DNA of 64,000 bases from Eledone cirrhosa. Taxonomy: Eukaryota. The stretch covers positions 32,798,001 to 32,862,000 of the forward strand of contig OZ024759.1 of NCBI GenBank assembly GCA_964016885.1, read 5' to 3'. Numbering within the stretch: the first letter of the stretch is position 1; every line of letters begins with the position of its first letter. The notes under the pieces are model-generated. The model ran no database searches. It worked only from the letters and a program-made list of their open reading frames with translations, and was not told the DNA's origin. A program made the position numbers and the translations under genes. Positions 58,966 through 64,000 of this stretch are shown piece after piece.

Positions 58966-59395
58966 TATATGTATATATAAATATATAATATGATATAATA
59001 CAAAATTCACACTTTGAATATGAAGGCTGAAAATAAAATTTTACAAAGCTCCAAGTTTGGCGTCTCTCCAGTTCTTAGTAAGTTATTACTCTTCGTTGCT
59101 ATAAGACATAAAAAAGTTCTATCATACAGGTTAGAATAATAGGAAGTTATGATGTTCATAACTTTCCCTACCGAATGCCATAAGGCTTTCATCTTGCATT
59201 TAATCGTAAGGCCTTGTTTTGGTGATGCTTCTTGATTTAAGCTCACTATATGTAACATATGTAACATATACGCTCACTATATGTAACATATACGCTCCCC
59301 CTTACTTAATAAATGTAGCTTACTCTTTTGGTCAACAACATCCAATATACGCTGACTAACTGCGTTATCCGTGACACAGGTATGTGTCAGAGGAC

Positions 59396-60637
59396 ACATG
59401 TAGTAGATCACATTGAATGTTAGACATTCAAGGAGACATTAACAAACATGTAGTAGATCATATTTAATGTTAGACATTCAAGGAGACATTAACAAACATG
59501 TAGTAGATCACATTGAATGTAAGACATTCAAGGAGACATTAACAAACATGTAGTAGATCACATTGAATGTAAGCCATTCAAGGAGACATTAACAAACATG
59601 TAGTAGATCACATTGAATGTTAGACATTCAAGGAGACATTAACAAACATGTAGTAGATCATATTTAATGTTAGACATTCAAGGAGACATTAACAAACATG
59701 TAGTAGATCACATTGAATGTAAGACATTCAAGGAGACATTAACAAACATGTAGTAGATCACATTGAATGTAAGCCATTCAAGGAGACATTAACAAACATG
59801 TAGTAGATCACATTGAATGTTAGACATTCAAAGAGACATTAACAAACATGTAGTAGATCACATTGAATGTTAGACATTCAAGGAGACATTAACAAACATG
59901 TAGTAGATCACATTGAATGTAAGACATTCAAGGAGACATTAACAAACATGTAGTAGATCACATTGAATGTTAGACATTCAAGGAGACATTAACAAACATG
60001 TAGTAGATCACATTGAATGTAAGCCATTCAAGGAGACATTAACAAACATGTAGTAGATCACATTGAATGTAAGACATTCAAGGAGACATTAACAAACATG
60101 TAGTAGATCACATTGAATGTAAGACATTAGAGGAGACATTAACAAACATGTAGTAGATCACATTGAATGTAAGACATTCAAGGAGACATTAACAAACATG
60201 TAGTAGATCACATTGAATGTAAGCCATTCAAGGAGACATTAACAAACATGTAGTAGATCACATTGAATGTAAGACATTCAAGGAGACATTAACAAACATG
60301 TAGTAGATCACATTGAATGTAAGACATTCAAGGAGACATTAACAAACATGTAGTAGATCACATTGAATGTAAGACATTCAAGGAGACATTAACAAACATG
60401 TAGTAGATCACATTGAATGTAAGACATTAGAGGAGACATTAACAAACATGTAGTAGATCACATTGAATGTAAGACATTCAAGGAGACATTAACAAACATG
60501 TAGTAGATCACATTGAATGTTAGACATTCAAAGAGACATTAACAAACATGTAGTAGATCACATTGAATGTTAGACATTCAAGGAGACATTAACAAACATG
60601 TAGTAGATCACATTGAATGTAAGACATTCAAGGAGAT
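59396..60637. repeat. 50-bp tandem minisatellite, about 25 near-identical copies
   Basis: Unit TAGTAGATCACATTGAATGTAAGACATTCAAGGAGACATTAACAAACATG; no spacers. Confidence 0.97.
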
Positions 60638-60879
60638 CAACATTGAATCTACGACTCGAGCACTCTATACCCACATTAACAAACATCTCAACACACACGA
60701 ATCTTCGTTCGAAAAACACAGACAAATGGAAAACGACCAACAGAAACATAGGAGTTAATATTGAAGCGATAGATTGAATCGTTAACAACTCGAAAATGAA
60801 GGAAGTACTGATTGTATGAAGGTTCACACCACAATAAAAACAGGATGGAACTCAGCACCTCCCTTCTTCAGCATTCAGT

Positions 60880-61435
60880 AATCAAAAGAAGGGAGGTAGG
60901 TGTGAAAGACAAATGCGCTGTTTTCAATTCGGTTTTCGTGCCAACTGTTAACCATGGTCATGAATTGAGAGATCACAGCTCCGATATTACAGACATGTGG
61001 TTAGAATATCTCAGGAAAGAATCACTGGAGTCACTCCAGGTAGAGCCACTACTTCTCCGAATTGAGAGATCACAGACCAATTCTACAGACATGTGGTTAG
61101 AATGTCTCAGGAAAGAATCACTGGAGTCACTCCAGGTAGAGCTGCTATTTCTCCGAATTGAGAGATCACAGACCAATTCTATAGACATGTGGTTAGAATA
61201 TCTCAGGAAAGAATCACTGGACAGATTTTACGGGCGAAACCAACTGGTAGGAGACTCAGGGGTAGACCCCGTGCAAGATGGTTGCATCACATCCATGGGC
61301 TTGGCTGGTCACGCTTAGAGATCCAGCCGGATCAGTTGGAGACAGTTTCTTCTGACAGGACCCGATGGAGGGAGTGTTTGAGGACTCTGCCTCCCACGAC
61401 CCTTTCAGGAATAAGTGGACGACGAAGAAGAAGAA
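60880..61435 (+). mobile_element. RTE-clade (Rex3/Expander-like) LINE 3' fragment with internal 96-bp triplication
   Basis: KREVGVKDKCAVFNSVFVPTVNHGHE, LQVEPLLLRIERSQ and GRRLRGRPRARW..LGWSRLEI..LPP motifs; (GAA)n tail at about 61424-61435. Confidence 0.82.
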
Positions 61436-61609
61436 GGAACTCAGCAGACAACTCTTGACATAAAAGGCCCCACCCACAAGCAAAACATACGCAGATTAAA
61501 CACAACAATTAACGCAAGCAATTTATTTCTAATCGATTATATATGTGGCAAATAAAGTCATCACGGTGCTCCAAGTGGTTACTACAGCAAATGAGATACG
61601 ACAACGCCC

Positions 61610-61745
61610 GAAAGCTATCTGATGGCACGGAAAGAGCTCAGCCGTCGGGCCCAGAGTCTTTATATTATAAACATACTCTCCTATCACAAGCATCGAGTAC
61701 TCTGTTGAGTAATGATCTAACAAGTTTCGAACTGAATCCATCCTG

Positions 61746-61748
<3 letters not shown>
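61610..61748 (+). mobile_element. Diverged PLE-type 3' terminus
   Basis: GAAAGAGCTCAGCCGTCGGGCCC ... CATCGAGTAC ..., ending at (TA)n. Confidence 0.55.
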
Positions 61749-61789
<41 letters not shown>

Positions 61790-61791
<2 letters not shown>

Positions 61792-61950
61792 CTTCAAAAT
61801 ATTAATAAATATAGACATTCATGTGATCAAATATATTTTATTATACATATTTCAGAGATACTGAGCTATTTCAACAGTACGTTCTCATCAAATAAAATAA
61901 GTTGATGCCTGACATACCTTGAATATGTTGATGGTTATAATTTAGTCATG
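61790..61950 (-). mobile_element. PLE-type terminal fragment, copy of 48360-48530
   Basis: High similarity; core reads TTGATGA (C>T) ..GAAATATGT-ATAA. Confidence 0.6.
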
Positions 61951-61961
61951 CCATCTCAACT

Positions 61962-62050
61962 ACGAAACCGGTAAAGGAACCAAATAAATATATATATTTA
62001 AAAAAAAAATAGGACTCCAGTTGCAATTTCGATTTCATCTTTTTTTCTTT
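61962..62050 (+). repeat. Dispersed fragment starting GAAACCGGTA, copy at 49932-50010
   Basis: GAAACCGGTAAAGGAA.CAAATAAATA..GACTCCAG.TGC..GATTTCATCTTTTT is shared; GAA-ACCGGT-A resembles a palindromic hammerhead stem III. Confidence 0.55.
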
Positions 62051-62058
62051 ATATATAT

Positions 62059-62108
62059 TACTTTGGTGCGTTATGGTCCACCTGGTTCCTTACCACATTT
62101 CCTTCGTT
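62059..62108 (+). mobile_element. Short PLE 3' terminus
   Basis: CTTTGGTGCGTTATGGTCCACCTGGTTCCTTACCACATTTCCTTCG is the reverse complement of 32345-32392. Confidence 0.75.
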
Positions 62109-62122
62109 ATATATATATATAT

Positions 62123-62319
62123 ATTTAATATAGAAAAGGCTTCTACAGGACGAGAACTCTTTCTTTTGGGAGAACTCATCAGGAAGCTTGCTGATGATTT
62201 CTCCCGAATGAAATAGTTCTAGTCCTGTAGAAGCCTTTTCTATATTAAATAATTATACTCTGCTTTGTATTGAGTACCTTACTTACTGTGGTTACCCCTG
62301 ATTGAACCAGGGATAAACT

Positions 62320-62320
<1 letters not shown>
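62123..62320 (+). mobile_element. PLE-type 3' end (family B) with a diverged palindrome
   Basis: Arms at 62123-62250; CTGATGA at 62191, GAAA at 62210; GTATTGAGTACCTTACTTACTGTGGTTA shared with 57025-57075. Confidence 0.7.
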
Positions 62321-62363
<43 letters not shown>

Positions 62364-63665
62364 AAAGAAGAAAGAGAGAGCGAGAACTGAAGAGAAAGAG
62401 AGAAAGAAGAGAGTTAAGTGTCTTCGACTTGAATATAGTTTAATGCTATGTATTTGACATGATACAAAGCCTGATATTATGATAGCTTCTTCATAATATC
62501 ATGGTGTTTGTTGGTCTCTCTCTCCCTCTCTCACACACACAGCACAACCAAGATGGCTACTGCTCTGTTGCTCGACTCTCAACAGTTCTTTTGAGCTGTT
62601 CATAAAAGGGAACACAATAAATCATGGCGGAGAAAAACTCGTTAACGTGAAATGGCAGTTATTAAAATATATCTACAAAAGTCTAAAACATTCTATTCAA
62701 GATTAACCGGACTTTAAATAGCAGAGGCGGGCGTTTGAGATATTCTTTCTTTCTGAGCAGAAGGTGAAGACGGAGTGAAATAATACTAATAATAATAATT
62801 TCATGTAAAACTTTGCACCCTCCCGCCGTCTACTTCCCCACCCTGTTTAAAACCGCCATTTTTGTTTCTTCTCTAAAGATATTATATTCCCTTTCTCAGC
62901 TTTTATCCAGTGTCATCATTTCGCAAGGAAAAGTTTTATTGTCAGTTAGTCCGAAGCATTGTTCTATATATATATATATATATTATATATATATATAGGT
63001 GTCTGCAGATATATATATATATAGGTGTCTGCAGATATACATATATATAGAGAAAATTATAGCGAGATAGATAATATATATACATAAATACATATATATA
63101 TATATATATGTATTTATATACTATGTATCTCGCTATAATTTTCTCTCTATATATGTATATCTGCAGACACCTATATATATTTATCTATATATAGGCAGAT
63201 ACATGTCCGTATTGAATATGCTAAGAGACAGAGAGAGAGAGGGAGGGAGAGAGAGAGAGAGGAAGAAAGGGAACAAGAGAGGGGGAGGTCGAGAGAGTGA
63301 GTGAGATAAAGCCATACATAACATCGTAAGATCATAAAGAAGACTGTAACAGTTCATAAAATTCATTCATTCAGTAATTTTAAATTCAATATAAAATATC
63401 CCTAGAGTAGAAGTAGCGGTGACTATATTACAGCGCCACAAAACATGGTAAGCTTAACTCAATTTCAAACATTGATAAGACATTCTTCATTTATTCTTCT
63501 CCACAGAGGGAGAAAATGCATCGTTAGATTTCTGAAAGACCCCCGCCCCTCCTTACAAAATATAATAGAAATTAAAATATAAATATAGATATAGATAAAT
63601 AAAATTTAAAATAAAAGTAAAAATATAAGATAAAATAGGACCCCGAAATAAAAGAGTAAAATATA

Positions 63666-63708
<43 letters not shown>

Positions 63709-63748
63709 GTATATATAAATGTATATATGCATATATATATATCTATTG

Positions 63749-63873
<125 letters not shown>

Positions 63874-63890
63874 TATTTATATATATATAC

Positions 63891-63936
<46 letters not shown>

Positions 63937-63939
63937 GCA

Positions 63940-63981
<42 letters not shown>

Positions 63982-64000
63982 TATTTACATATATATATAT

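Noticed and set aside
59007-59267. 86-aa non-repetitive ORF
   Set aside because: No recognisable domain, it starts in a small tandem repeat, and its length is compatible with chance.
59396-60637. CRISPR-like array of hairpin repeats
   Set aside because: Units are contiguous with no unique spacers, no cas genes are present, and the context is eukaryotic.

Overview
Very AT-rich, repeat-saturated eukaryotic non-coding DNA. The massive (TA)n/(CA)n microsatellites and one abundant tRNA-derived SINE family point to an octopus-like cephalopod genome (inference from repeat signature). I found no convincing host gene, rRNA, true tRNA or CRISPR array; nearly all listed ORFs are translations of simple repeats. 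The real coding remnants are all retroelements: a CRE-like RLE fragment (4952-5719), an R4/Dong-like 3' end (24186-24350), an internally deleted Naiad-type Penelope-like element (PLE; 32345-33110) and an RTE/Rex3-like 3' end (60880-61435). There are also about 20 SINE copies, Tc1/mariner and piggyBac-like MITEs, a complete non-autonomous Helitron, and many mini- and microsatellites. The most interesting signal is a dispersed set of short PLE-type termini inserted in (TA)n tracts. They carry hammerhead-ribozyme-like cores (CTGAnGA-stem II-GAAA) and repeatedly occur as head-to-head fold-back palindromes whose symmetry axis lies at or near the ribozyme. Separately, unique flanks are duplicated in inverted orientation around (TA)n tracts, and perfect YY1/Pho-type motifs are unusually frequent in the unique islands. 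All calls are by eye, with no database searches.
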